From a virus: DNA of 64,000 bases. This document shows, piece by piece, positions 1 to 9,960 of the stretch (positions are counted from its first letter, which is position 1; the number at the start of each line of letters is the position of its first letter). Both the position numbers and the translations under genes were made by a program. The notes beneath the pieces were generated by a model, which was not told the origin of the DNA, ran no database searches, and saw only the letters and a list, made by a program, of their open reading frames with translations. The stretch lies in IMG/VR virus record IMGVR_UViG_3300042914_002215; one strand, given 5' to 3'.

Positions 1-489
1 CTTGTTGCGGTAGCAAACAATCTGACTAACAATACGAGCGGTGGCTTTGTGATGAACTCTTCAATTTTCATTGAAGGTTCAGAGTCATCTCTAAATGTTC
101 GTACACTTGCAAACATAAATTCACTCACCGCTAACACCGCAAATATTGCAAACGTTTCTTTTAATGGAAGTAATGTTTCAATACCACTTGATTTGACTAT
201 TGGAAGAAATGCAAATTTAGTAGGAAATGTTGCCTCTGTAAATGTTACAAACAGATTGTTCGTTGGTGGTGATACCGTTTTACATGGTAATCTAACTGTA
301 TCCGGTAATGTTACATTAGATGCAATTGGGTATGATGATCTAAGTGTTGCTGGTTCTATCAACTCAGCAAATCTAAACACAAGCACTGGTAATATTACAT
401 TACTTGTTGGAAATGCAAATACAGCAATTTACAGCACTATTACCGCAGCGATTGATTCATCGATTGCGTTTGCGATTGCTCTTGGTTAA
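1..489 (+). CDS. 5'-truncated virion structural/fibre protein ending in hydrophobic tag AIAFAIALG
   Basis: Frame is open from base 1; Asn/Val/Gly-rich beta-repeat sequence; C-terminal SIAFAIALG is typical of T4-like baseplate/fibre proteins. Confidence 0.6.
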   Translation, partial: LVAVANNLTNNTSGGFVMNSSIFIEGSESSLNVRTLANINSLTANTANIANVSFNGSNVSIPLDLTIGRNANLVGNVASVNVTNRLFVGGDTVLHGNLTVSGNVTLDAIGYDDLSVAGSINSANLNTSTGNITLLVGNANTAIYSTITAAIDSSIAFAIALG

Positions 490-518
490 ATAAATACTGA
501 CGATAAACAGAGGATTTA

Positions 519-854
519 ATGGCTAACAATTTTAAAAATAACGTTCTTAAAGCAGCAGGAACAACATTACAAAATGCATATACCGCTGCTTCTGGTGTTC
601 AAGCAACCGTTATTGGTATGACGATTGCGAACATTACCACATCTCCCATATCAGCAAATGTTGTTTTGACCTGTTCTGGTGCTGCTGCACCAAACGTTTA
701 CTTGGTCAAAGATGCTACAATTGCTCCAGGTGGCGCTCTTGTTCCAATCGGCGGTGATCAAAAACTTGTGCTTGAAGCCGGTGATTACTTACAGATAAGC
801 ACTTCAGTTGCATCCGCTGCTGATGTTATCACTTCTGTTCTGGAGATTACCTAA
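519..854 (+). CDS. small virion adaptor-like protein (MANNFKN type)
   Basis: RBS GAGG; 111 aa beta-rich, C-terminal LVLEAGDYL...SVLEIT; directly follows an AIALG-ending gene. Confidence 0.6.
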   Translation: MANNFKNNVLKAAGTTLQNAYTAASGVQATVIGMTIANITTSPISANVVLTCSGAAAPNVYLVKDATIAPGGALVPIGGDQKLVLEAGDYLQISTSVASAADVITSVLEIT

Positions 855-1489
855 TGTCTTACATTGGCAATAATCCTGATGTGAATGTATTTACGATCGG
901 AGTTGATAGATTCAACGGCACAGGCGCTTGTACAGAGTTTATTCTTACAAGAGATATTGATGACGCAAAAGCAATTGAAGTTATTGTTAATGGAGTTCAA
1001 CAAGATCCAGATAATGCTTACACTGTAACAAATGGTTTAATCACATTTAGTGAAGCGCCATCTTCTGGTACAGATAATATTACTGTCACATATCGTGCAC
1101 CTGTTGTTGTTACATTTAATCAAGTTACTACATCACAATTACAAGCAAATGCTGTAACTTCAACTGCTATTGCATCCAATGCAGTCACAACAATTAAGAT
1201 TGCACAAAGTGCTGTTACTGGAGATAAGATTCCTGATCGTGCGATTACATCAAACAACATCGTTGAGGGATCAATCACAAGCAATTTGATTGCAACAAAT
1301 ACAGTTGCAGGTAACAATATCGTTCCTGGTACAATTACAGGCAATTTAATTGCTTCCGGTACAATCGCAGGTAATGCAATTGGTGTTGGACAAATTACAG
1401 GTAATTTAATTGCAGACTTTGCGATTAGTGCAAACAATTTAACAAATCCAGATAATTTTGAAGATTCGTTCTTATTAGGTGGAATGTAA
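854..1489 (+). CDS. fibre/baseplate accessory protein (MSYIGN N-terminus, pentapeptide repeats, C-terminal FEDSFLLGGM)
   Basis: TAATG coupling; ~80-aa V.VNGV.Q.P..AY...ITF.EAP domain followed by AVTxxxIA/ITGNLIA repeats. Confidence 0.6.
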   Translation: MSYIGNNPDVNVFTIGVDRFNGTGACTEFILTRDIDDAKAIEVIVNGVQQDPDNAYTVTNGLITFSEAPSSGTDNITVTYRAPVVVTFNQVTTSQLQANAVTSTAIASNAVTTIKIAQSAVTGDKIPDRAITSNNIVEGSITSNLIATNTVAGNNIVPGTITGNLIASGTIAGNAIGVGQITGNLIADFAISANNLTNPDNFEDSFLLGGM

Positions 1490-1500
1490 AAGGAAAATAA

Positions 1501-1839
1501 ATGGCAAGAATATATAAAATCTTAGGACAAAGAAATCCAGGCTCAGGTGTATTGACGAATGTTTATACTGTGCCAGCTGGCAATTCTGCGGTCGTTTCTT
1601 CTATTGTATTGACAAATACATCGGGCACTGCAACTGGTGGTGTTGCTGCAAGAGTAGCAGTAAACGCTTCTGGTGTAGCGGTTGCAACTGCAAACTATCT
1701 TGCATATGATGTGAACGTTCCTGGCTGTGATAGCGTGACTCTCACACTTGGTATTACAATGAATGCGGGATCTCAATTGTCTGTACAAGCTAATTCATCA
1801 TCATTGGCAATTTCAGTTTTTGGCGCAGAGATTTATTAA
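1501..1839 (+). CDS. small adaptor-like protein, MARxYKILGQ family copy 1
   Basis: RBS AAGGA; clear paralog of 3361-3699 and 27629-27958 (YTVPAGNS, ANYL, FG.E.Y end). Confidence 0.65.
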   Translation: MARIYKILGQRNPGSGVLTNVYTVPAGNSAVVSSIVLTNTSGTATGGVAARVAVNASGVAVATANYLAYDVNVPGCDSVTLTLGITMNAGSQLSVQANSSSLAISVFGAEIY

Positions 1840-1854
1840 ACAGAATATTAGATT

Positions 1855-3351
1855 ATGACAATTCGTTCATTAAATCGAAACACAAACGTAATTAAGAGAA
1901 TTACTAAAAGCCGCACTGCTGCCGATCTTACACGCCGTCGTTCAATTAAACAAGTAATTGCGGGTGAAGGTAAGCCTGATTTTTACATCAAATGGATGAT
2001 TGTTGGAGGAGGTGGTGAGGGTGGTGCTGGAATGGGCGGAGGAGGTGGTGGTGGAGGTATCGTCATTGGTATTAATTATCTTTCACCAACAGGTAATTTA
2101 ACATACGGAACAAACTATCCAATTGGTGTTGGCGGTGGTGGAGGATACTCATCTGGACGTGGTGGTAATGGTGGAGACTCATCATTTTTAGGATTTATTG
2201 CTTACGGTGGTGGCGGTGGTGGAGGACTTAATAGTCCTGCTTCAAATACAAACGCAAGGCCCGGAGGCTCTGGTGGTGGTGAACCCAATTCACTTTACAC
2301 AGCAGCGTTTGGACTTCAAGGAGGAATGGGTGGAGTCAAATTTATAATTGATAATAATCGTCCATATGGAGGATTCGGTAGCGTAAATGATAATCAAGAT
2401 GGCTCAGGAGATAGATCGGGAAAAGGCGGCACAGATAACACTTGGTATGATGATGACTTCACTTACAATAAAAATAAAAATTTAAATCCAGCTTATCCTG
2501 CTCCAGGTCCATTATCATTTAGAGGATATGGCGGTGGTGGTGGTGGTGCAGCTGGTTTTGATGACGGAATCGTTTCTGGCAGTGGAAAAACCGAAGGTGG
2601 TGATGGTGGTGATGGTTATGCATATGGATTTGAAAACAACTTTTTACAAGGACCTATAGCAAATTTTATTTGGGGATTGGGTTATGGTGGTGGTGGAAGT
2701 TCTGGTGGTTATCAAAATAATCCAAGAGATGGTTACAATGGTCCTGCACCTTCCGTTTTTCCAAATGCACCCGGTGGTGTGAAAACTGGATGGGGTTCTA
2801 TTCGTGACGCTGGAGACTCTTGGACAGGCGAACCAAATTGGTCGCCAAACGGAGATGGTATAGGATTCAATCCAAGTCGTGGTAATCCGGGTGAACCTTG
2901 GCATAATGGTCCATCTGGTGGATTTCCTCCTGCTGGCAATTCATTTCCGCCTTTTGGTTATAAATCAGGATTTGGTGAAAATGTCTCACCGGGTGGACCA
3001 GCACCTCTACCATATTCTACGCCAGCTGGATATTATTCAATGAATGGTTTACCAAACTCTGGACAAGGAGGCGGCGGAAGATGGAATGGCGGTTCAAATT
3101 ATAAATGGGCTTGTCGTGGACCTTTTTGGGGATCAGACTCATATAATCCTGGTGCACCAAACTGGTTAGGTCGTGCAGCAGCAAATACAGGAGGTAAAGG
3201 TGGTTCAGGTGTTGTGTTCCTTTCGTATCCGCAAGTATTCGGCAACTGTTCAAACACAGGAAGTCCAGACGTATATGTAACAACAGATGGTTTTAGAATT
3301 TACACATTTAGAGGTAGTGGTTCAATTACAATTGACTACGATCCTAATTAA
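1855..3351 (+). CDS. glycine-rich adhesin-like protein with long aromatic/Pro-rich loops
   Basis: WMIVGGGG start motif and GGSGVVFLSY...IYTFRGSGSI end motif of the phage glycine-rich domain. Confidence 0.6.
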   Translation: MTIRSLNRNTNVIKRITKSRTAADLTRRRSIKQVIAGEGKPDFYIKWMIVGGGGEGGAGMGGGGGGGGIVIGINYLSPTGNLTYGTNYPIGVGGGGGYSSGRGGNGGDSSFLGFIAYGGGGGGGLNSPASNTNARPGGSGGGEPNSLYTAAFGLQGGMGGVKFIIDNNRPYGGFGSVNDNQDGSGDRSGKGGTDNTWYDDDFTYNKNKNLNPAYPAPGPLSFRGYGGGGGGAAGFDDGIVSGSGKTEGGDGGDGYAYGFENNFLQGPIANFIWGLGYGGGGSSGGYQNNPRDGYNGPAPSVFPNAPGGVKTGWGSIRDAGDSWTGEPNWSPNGDGIGFNPSRGNPGEPWHNGPSGGFPPAGNSFPPFGYKSGFGENVSPGGPAPLPYSTPAGYYSMNGLPNSGQGGGGRWNGGSNYKWACRGPFWGSDSYNPGAPNWLGRAAANTGGKGGSGVVFLSYPQVFGNCSNTGSPDVYVTTDGFRIYTFRGSGSITIDYDPN

Positions 3352-3360
3352 GAGAGAAAC

Positions 3361-3699
3361 ATGGCAAGAGCATACAAAATCTTAGGTCAAATTAATCCAT
3401 CAGCAAATGTGCTGAGTACACTTTACACTGTACCCGCTGGTAATTCAACAATCATTTCATCAATTACAATTGCTAATCTTGATGAAAATGCTGCAAATGG
3501 TGCAGCATTTAGAATTGCTGCAAACAACTCTGGTGTTGCTGTTGCCAATGCAAATTATCTTTCATACGGTGTTAATGTACCAGGTCGTGATGCAATAACT
3601 TATACGTTAGGTATAACATTAAATGCTGGTTCAGTTATTTCTGTAAATGCAAACAGTTCATTACTTGCCTTTTCTGCTTTTGGCACAGAAGTTTATTAA
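3361..3699 (+). CDS. small adaptor-like protein, MARxYKILGQ family copy 2
   Basis: Paralog of 1501-1839. Confidence 0.65.
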   Translation: MARAYKILGQINPSANVLSTLYTVPAGNSTIISSITIANLDENAANGAAFRIAANNSGVAVANANYLSYGVNVPGRDAITYTLGITLNAGSVISVNANSSLLAFSAFGTEVY

Positions 3700-3701
3700 T
3701 C

Positions 3702-5648
3702 ATGTCACTCAATAGAGCAAATTTAAATAGAATCTCGTTAAAAAGATTTTCTGTTCCTGGAACAGGCGGTGGAGGTGCTGTCACTCCACCAAGTACATTT
3801 ATTCCAATTGATTATTTTATTGTAGCCGGTGGTGGAGGTAGCGGTCCTTACAGTGGTGGAGGTGGTGCTGGTGGTTTTCTTCAAGGATATTATCAAACGA
3901 ACTTTGCTACTGCGAATGATGCATTCGTTGTTGTAGTTGGTTCTGGTGGTGGTGGTAACACCAATGGCACAAATTCTGGAATTTATTCAACTGCAAATAC
4001 ATTAAACGCCATTTGGTCTGCCGGTGGTGGTCGTGGTGGTGTTGGTCATCCTGTTTGGGCAAGCGGTGGTGGAGATGGTGCTGGTTATGGAGCATCTGGC
4101 GGTTCTGGTGGCGGTGCGGGTACAGGTAACTATAGTTGGCCAACATCACCATTTGGCTATTTAGTTGGTGGTTTAGGCATTGGAGCACAAGGTAATGATG
4201 GTGGACAATCTGGTTATTTTGACGGTGCTCCTGGCTGGTCTTGGGGTGAAGCTGGTGGTGGTGGAGGAGCACTGGGTCGTGGAACTCAAGGTGGACAAGG
4301 TAGAAATCAGCCTCCTGTTTATACAGGTGGTGGAGGTGGTAATGGTGGCATTGGCATATTCTCGACATTTACTGGTGCAAACGTAGGCTATGCTGGTGGT
4401 GGAGGTGGATTTAATATTCCAATGACACCCTTAGATGGTACAAATACTTATGGTGGCATTGGTTATTTTAGTTGTGGTGGAGGTAATTCTGCTGCCACAT
4501 ATGCGAATAATTTTATATTCAGACAGCAAACAAATGGTGGAGAAAATACCGGCGGCGGTGCTGGTGGTGGGCTCAACTCTAGAGGTGGTTCTGGTATTGT
4601 TATTATTCGATATCCAAATACTTATGCAAATGCAATAATTGCTGGTAATGCAGTGTTTTCAAACGTAGAAAGTTACTTTAGATGTTATACATTTAGATCA
4701 ACTGGAACAATTATTTTTCCATCAACGGGCGCTGCACCAAATGTGCCTACGGGTGGACCAACACAGATAGATTATCTTGTCGTTGCTGGTGGTGGTGGTG
4801 GAACTACAGCAAGTGGTGGCGGTGGCGGTGGTGGAGTTTTACAAGGTTCAGGATATAAGATTTCAACTGGCGTTACATACACAATTAGTATCGGTGGCGG
4901 TGGTGGTGCTAATACTAACGGCGTCAATTCTGGGATTTATAATACAAGCGCATCTGTCTGGTCTGCCGGTGGTGGTCGTGGTGGTGTTGGTGTACCGGTA
5001 TTTGTTGAACCTGTGAGTAGAGGTGCTTCAGGTGGTTCCGGTGGTGGTGCTGGTGCAGTTGATTATTCGGCAGGACAATCAGGTAATTTTGGTGGTAGTG
5101 AAGGAGTACCGGGACAAGGATTTGGTGGTGCTCGTTCTGGTCCGGCTGCACCAGGACCACCTTGGGCAAGAGGTGGCGCCGGTGGCGGTGGCGGTGCTGG
5201 TGGTTCGGGCGCAGAAGGAGGTGGTGGTTCAAGTTTTGACTATTATGGTGCAGCAGGTGGAAATGGTGGCGTTGGTATTTTCTCTACAATCACTGGTGCA
5301 AATGTAGGTTACGCCGGCGGTGGTGGTGGTAACAACGATCAACTAAGTCCATTACAAGGATGGCCTCCAGGATTGCCTGGCGGTATAGGATATATCAGTT
5401 GCGGTGGTGGTAATAGCGCATTCATATTAGCAAATGGATTTACGATAAGAGCAAGAACTGGTGGTACAACAAACAGAGGTGGTGGCGCTGGAGGTGGTGC
5501 GCCTGCTGCAAGTGGCGGCTCTGGTGTTGTGATTGTCAGATACTTAGATTCTTTTTCTAATGCAGTTGTAACTGGAAGTCCAACGTTTGCAAACGTTGGA
5601 GGATACAAGATATATACATTCAATGGAGCAGGAACTATAACATTTTAA
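3702..5648 (+). CDS. glycine-rich adhesin-like protein, two tandem domains
   Basis: Two IDY(F/L)(I/V)VAGGGG...GGSG(I/V)VI(I/V)RY units; identical 33-nt segment at 4014-4046 and 4959-4991. Confidence 0.65.
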   Translation: MSLNRANLNRISLKRFSVPGTGGGGAVTPPSTFIPIDYFIVAGGGGSGPYSGGGGAGGFLQGYYQTNFATANDAFVVVVGSGGGGNTNGTNSGIYSTANTLNAIWSAGGGRGGVGHPVWASGGGDGAGYGASGGSGGGAGTGNYSWPTSPFGYLVGGLGIGAQGNDGGQSGYFDGAPGWSWGEAGGGGGALGRGTQGGQGRNQPPVYTGGGGGNGGIGIFSTFTGANVGYAGGGGGFNIPMTPLDGTNTYGGIGYFSCGGGNSAATYANNFIFRQQTNGGENTGGGAGGGLNSRGGSGIVIIRYPNTYANAIIAGNAVFSNVESYFRCYTFRSTGTIIFPSTGAAPNVPTGGPTQIDYLVVAGGGGGTTASGGGGGGGVLQGSGYKISTGVTYTISIGGGGGANTNGVNSGIYNTSASVWSAGGGRGGVGVPVFVEPVSRGASGGSGGGAGAVDYSAGQSGNFGGSEGVPGQGFGGARSGPAAPGPPWARGGAGGGGGAGGSGAEGGGGSSFDYYGAAGGNGGVGIFSTITGANVGYAGGGGGNNDQLSPLQGWPPGLPGGIGYISCGGGNSAFILANGFTIRARTGGTTNRGGGAGGGAPAASGGSGVVIVRYLDSFSNAVVTGSPTFANVGGYKIYTFNGAGTITF

Positions 5649-5662
5649 TTAGGAGTGAGTGA

Positions 5663-6082
5663 ATGAATAACGAACAAATTACTTATGCACAATACTTAAT
5701 TGGTAACAACAACAAACTTGTTTGTGGTATTGATACTGCTATTAAAGCACTAAGACCAACAGCAAGATATGATATGTCTGCGTCTGGTGGACATTTTGAG
5801 TTCACACGTTGGGAAGATGAAGCAGATACTAAACCACCAACAAAAGAAGAGATTTTCAAAGAATTAGAATATCAGAATAAGTTTATCGACTATTGGCAAC
5901 ACTTCGTAGATCGTGCTGCTAACTATCCTGATATTGTAGTTCTAATTAACAATTTATGGGAAGCAATTGATTCTGGCGCAATACCAGGTAAAGGAACCGC
6001 ATTCTATGATTCAATCAAAGAAATCAACGATAAGTTTCCAAGACCAGCTGGTGAACCACCAGTAAGACCGACATACGAATAA
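5663..6082 (+). CDS. hypothetical protein, possible fibre assembly/XkdW-like
   Basis: RBS AGGAG; ALRP.A......W.D....PPT.EEI pattern; lies downstream of an adhesin-like gene. Confidence 0.4.
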   Translation: MNNEQITYAQYLIGNNNKLVCGIDTAIKALRPTARYDMSASGGHFEFTRWEDEADTKPPTKEEIFKELEYQNKFIDYWQHFVDRAANYPDIVVLINNLWEAIDSGAIPGKGTAFYDSIKEINDKFPRPAGEPPVRPTYE

Positions 6083-6093
6083 TAGGAAATTAA

Positions 6094-7044
6094 ATGTCAT
6101 ATATTGGCAATCAAGTTACTTCTGTACCACACATAATTGATACCTTTACTGGCACAGGCACAGGTACAACATTTGGTCCTTTGACGAGAGCACCTGCTGG
6201 CACTGCGGCTATAGCAGTTTTTATCACAGGATCTTATCAAATACCTGGTGTTGATTATACGTTAAATGGCGACTATATCAACTTTGTTGCTGCTCCATTT
6301 AATCTTGCGACAATCGTTGTTCATCATTTAGGTAATGGTACAACAACACAAGTACCATCTGATGGATCTGTTACTGGAACAAAATTAGCAGTTAATTCTG
6401 TTCGTGGTAATAATATTGTTGCGGGCACTATTACAGGCAATCAAATTTCTCTTAGTGCTATTTCAGGTAATCAGATAGGTGCTTATGCTGTATCAGGCAA
6501 CCAAATTGGTGTCGGTGCTATTAGTGCCAATAATTTTGCTGGTGGTGGCATTACATCAAATGTTCTTGCACCGAATCTGACATTAACGCTGACGAGAACA
6601 AATGAAACGACGAATTTATTTTCCACTGCACCTTCAGGAAATATAAACATTGACGTTGCAAATACAACGTTATATTATTTCACATCAAATACGACAGCGG
6701 GTATAACTTTTAATCTTCGTGCAAACAGTGTAAACACTTTTGATTCAGTAGTTAGAATTGGTGAAACTGTCACTGTAACAGTTATGCTTCGTCATTCAAC
6801 AACGTCAGGCGGTCGTCATCCAGCAAATGTTTATATTGATGGTGGACTTATTTCCACCAATAGAACAAATCCAGATCAAGCTGGTGCTAATAATATATTT
6901 TATGTTGGTAATTTAGTACCAATTTATGCTGCAACAATACCAGGAACTGGTGTTGAAATGAATATGTATAATATAAGCGTTTTTAAACGAGCGGCAAATA
7001 CTTATACAGTATTCATGTCTAATACTACAGCACAAATAGGATAA
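6094..7044 (+). CDS. fibre accessory protein (MSYIGN N-terminus, pentapeptide repeats, C-terminal TFNLR domain)
   Basis: Shares its N-domain with 854-1489 and its C-domain (YYF.SN....TFNLR) with 7978-8637 and 23776-24420. Confidence 0.6.
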   Translation: MSYIGNQVTSVPHIIDTFTGTGTGTTFGPLTRAPAGTAAIAVFITGSYQIPGVDYTLNGDYINFVAAPFNLATIVVHHLGNGTTTQVPSDGSVTGTKLAVNSVRGNNIVAGTITGNQISLSAISGNQIGAYAVSGNQIGVGAISANNFAGGGITSNVLAPNLTLTLTRTNETTNLFSTAPSGNINIDVANTTLYYFTSNTTAGITFNLRANSVNTFDSVVRIGETVTVTVMLRHSTTSGGRHPANVYIDGGLISTNRTNPDQAGANNIFYVGNLVPIYAATIPGTGVEMNMYNISVFKRAANTYTVFMSNTTAQIG

Positions 7045-7046
7045 GA

Positions 7047-7955
7047 ATGGGCAGACTTAATTCGTTATTGTCAGTAACAACCAGTGCTTTTGGAAATAAA
7101 AGAAGAGCAGCCGCAACTATATTCACAAGCAGTGGAACATTAACAATTCCTCCTGCTGTTCCTGGATTTGATGTTTTAATCGTTGGTGGTGGAGGTGGAG
7201 CATCAAGTTCTAACCCAGCCGGTGGTGGTGGAGCTGGTGGTGTTAGATACATTACCGGGGTTGATATTAAGCCAGGAACAGTTGTAAATGTTATAGTTGG
7301 AGGTGGCGGTGGAGCCGCTTCGCCTGTTGGTGTGCAGGGATCTAATTCCGGTATATGGTTTCCTACTCCGTTATCACCTCCCTTTCCATTTTTTTATGCT
7401 CAATACTGGTCAACTGGTGGTGGATATGGAGCGGGGGCTAATCCTAGTCCAGGAACAGGTAATGCAGGTGGAAATGGCGGATCAGGCGGTGGAGCTGGCG
7501 GCGGAGGAAATCCTATAACAAATAGTGGAGGATTAGGAACTCCGGGTCAAGGGAATAATGGTGGTAATGCCGGATTTATTAGAGCGGGTGGAGGTGGCGG
7601 CGCCGGTGGTGTTGGAGCAGATGGCAGCAGTTCAAACGGAGGTTTAGGCATATTCTCTAGCATAAGTGGAACGAATACTGCCTATGCTGGCGGTGGTGCA
7701 GGATGCAGTGGACCGAACGATCCTTTTTATGGTAATGTAATAGGCAATGGAGGCGGTGGTAGTTCTAGAACACCTGGAAGTTATGGTTCTCCTAATTCAA
7801 TAGTAGCACCTTATGGTGCATTTGTGGGCACACCTTTTGGTGCTGGTGGTGGTGGCACAGGAGAAAGTGGCGTTACAAATTCGGGCGGTGGTGGCGGTGG
7901 AAATCCGGGAGGTGGTGGAGCTGGCGGATCTGGCATCGTTATCTTTAGTTATTAA
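7047..7955 (+). CDS. glycine-rich adhesin-like protein, single domain
   Basis: VLIVGGGGG...GGSGIVIFSY. Confidence 0.6.
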   Translation: MGRLNSLLSVTTSAFGNKRRAAATIFTSSGTLTIPPAVPGFDVLIVGGGGGASSSNPAGGGGAGGVRYITGVDIKPGTVVNVIVGGGGGAASPVGVQGSNSGIWFPTPLSPPFPFFYAQYWSTGGGYGAGANPSPGTGNAGGNGGSGGGAGGGGNPITNSGGLGTPGQGNNGGNAGFIRAGGGGGAGGVGADGSSSNGGLGIFSSISGTNTAYAGGGAGCSGPNDPFYGNVIGNGGGGSSRTPGSYGSPNSIVAPYGAFVGTPFGAGGGGTGESGVTNSGGGGGGNPGGGGAGGSGIVIFSY

Positions 7956-7977
7956 AAAGATTTTAAGGAAAAAATAA

Positions 7978-8637
7978 ATGCCTTTAACAAGAATAGTAGG
8001 CGCAAGCATAACAGACGGAACAGTTGTTGCTGCCGACATAGCAGATGGTTCTGTTACTGGTTCAAAATTAGGTACTGCTTCTGTAAGTGGTAATAATATT
8101 GGAACTGGTGCAATTTCAGCAAACAATTTTGCGGGCGGTGGCATTACATCAAATGTTCTTGCATCAAATTTGAGTATTTCAGTTTCACGTGTATCTGAAA
8201 CGTTATCAATCAATACAGCCGTAATTGGTTCAAACAGTGCATCAGGTACAAATGTAAATCTTGATATCATCAATACAACTGTTTATTATTTTAGTTCGAA
8301 TACTTCTGGTAATGTAACGTTTAATCTTCGTGGTAATAATATCAATACATTTGATTCTGCTGTTCAAGTTGGTAATACAGTTTCAGTTGTGGTAACATTA
8401 CGACATAACACAGCAGCATATCGTTCTGGCGTAAATGTGATGATTGATGGCGGTCTTATTAGAACTACATTAGCAAATCCTGATTCAGATAATTTAATAA
8501 TGTATTCGGGCAACACATTGCCAACACACTCCGTCATTAATGCTATCGAATCTAATATTATTGGATTAACTGTGATAAAGAAAGCAGCAAACTCTTATAT
8601 TGTTTACATGTCTAACACAATATTTGGATTGACATAA
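7978..8637 (+). CDS. fibre accessory protein with C-terminal TFNLRG domain
   Basis: RBS AAGGA; GAISANNFAGGGITSNVLA shared with 6094-7044. Confidence 0.6.
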   Translation: MPLTRIVGASITDGTVVAADIADGSVTGSKLGTASVSGNNIGTGAISANNFAGGGITSNVLASNLSISVSRVSETLSINTAVIGSNSASGTNVNLDIINTTVYYFSSNTSGNVTFNLRGNNINTFDSAVQVGNTVSVVVTLRHNTAAYRSGVNVMIDGGLIRTTLANPDSDNLIMYSGNTLPTHSVINAIESNIIGLTVIKKAANSYIVYMSNTIFGLT

Positions 8638-9557
8638 TGCCATTTCAAGCAACATTTGGTAATGCATCATTAAGAACTTTTGGATTAGGAGCTACTAGAA
8701 GAAGAATTGGTGCTAACGTAGCGGTTCAATATCTTATGGTTGCGGGTGGAGGCGGCAGTACCTGGTCTGATAGGGGAACATCCGGAGCAGCAGGAGCCGG
8801 AGGTTTAAAAACAGGAATACAAAATACTTCAGGCTCAGCTAGATTGTTTATTCAAATTGGTGCTGGTGGTACAGGTTGGTCTAATGGCACGAATTCCTCA
8901 ATAACTTCAGTGGAAGGTGTGTGGAGTAACATATCATCTGATGGAGGTGGCGCTGGTGGTTGGTTTTCCGGTTCCACTTTTTATACAGCATATGATGGAG
9001 GCTCTGGTGGAGCCGGTTCTGGTAGAAGAGGTGCTTTTGGTGAATTTCCTTCTGCTGGACAAAGTGGTGCGCTTGGTTATCCTGGTCAAGGATATAATGG
9101 AGGTAGTGGAGAAGGTAGACCAGGAGGCACAGCTGGAGGAGGAGGCGGTGGTGCTGGTGGTGCTGGAACCAATGGCTATGATGGCGGCAACAATATTCTA
9201 TATGGTGGAAATGCTGGTGCTGCTTATTCATCACCAATTTCAGGAACACCTGCAAATTATGCTGGCGGTGGTCAGGGAGCCGCGACTCAAGCTGGCGCTG
9301 GAGCCGTGAATGGCTCTTCTGCGGCTCCAGGTGGAACGATAGAAAGTAATGCTCCAGCTAATGGCGGAGGTGGTGCTGGTGGTGTTAGAGACACTGCTCC
9401 CGGAGGTAGCACATATTCAGGCGGCAGCGGAATAGTGATTTTAAGAAGTTTAGCAAGAGCATCTAATACAGTTGGCAGCCCTACAGAAACACAAATAGGT
9501 AATGAGTGGATTTATACGTTCAATGGTTCAGGTGAAATAGTTATAGGTTCAGCATAA
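8637..9557 (+). CDS. glycine-rich adhesin-like protein, single domain
   Basis: TAATG coupling; MPFQATFGNASLRTFG leader; YLMVAGGGG...GGSGIVILR...IYTFNGSG. Confidence 0.6.
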   Translation: MPFQATFGNASLRTFGLGATRRRIGANVAVQYLMVAGGGGSTWSDRGTSGAAGAGGLKTGIQNTSGSARLFIQIGAGGTGWSNGTNSSITSVEGVWSNISSDGGGAGGWFSGSTFYTAYDGGSGGAGSGRRGAFGEFPSAGQSGALGYPGQGYNGGSGEGRPGGTAGGGGGGAGGAGTNGYDGGNNILYGGNAGAAYSSPISGTPANYAGGGQGAATQAGAGAVNGSSAAPGGTIESNAPANGGGGAGGVRDTAPGGSTYSGGSGIVILRSLARASNTVGSPTETQIGNEWIYTFNGSGEIVIGSA

Positions 9558-9576
9558 AAAAATTAAGGAAAAATAA

Positions 9577-9960
9577 ATGGCAGCACCTAATATAGTCGCA
9601 GTCACAACTATTCGAGGCAAATCAAATGTTGCCAATCTCACTACGACCTCATCAAGTGTTGTAGTGAATGATATCAATTCAGGTAAAGTATTTAAAATAA
9701 ACACAATTATTGTATCAAATGTTGATGGTACAAATTCTGGTAATGTAACAGTTGAACTATTTAAGTTTGGCGCACAAAATGTCGCAACAGGTACGGGCAA
9801 CTCAGTATATTCACTTGCAAACGTTGTGACGGTGCCAGCAAAGTCATCACTTGATATTATGTCAAAGTCACTCTATCTTGAAGAGGGTGATCATCTCAAA
9901 GCAAAAGCAGATTCAAACAATCGTCTGCATCTTATTACTTCATTCGAAGAGATTAGCTAA
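9577..9960 (+). CDS. small adaptor-like protein (MAAPNIV type)
   Basis: RBS AAGGA; KINTIIVSNVDG and YLEEGD...SFEEIS motifs; distant similarity to 519-854. Confidence 0.6.
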   Translation: MAAPNIVAVTTIRGKSNVANLTTTSSSVVVNDINSGKVFKINTIIVSNVDGTNSGNVTVELFKFGAQNVATGTGNSVYSLANVVTVPAKSSLDIMSKSLYLEEGDHLKAKADSNNRLHLITSFEEIS

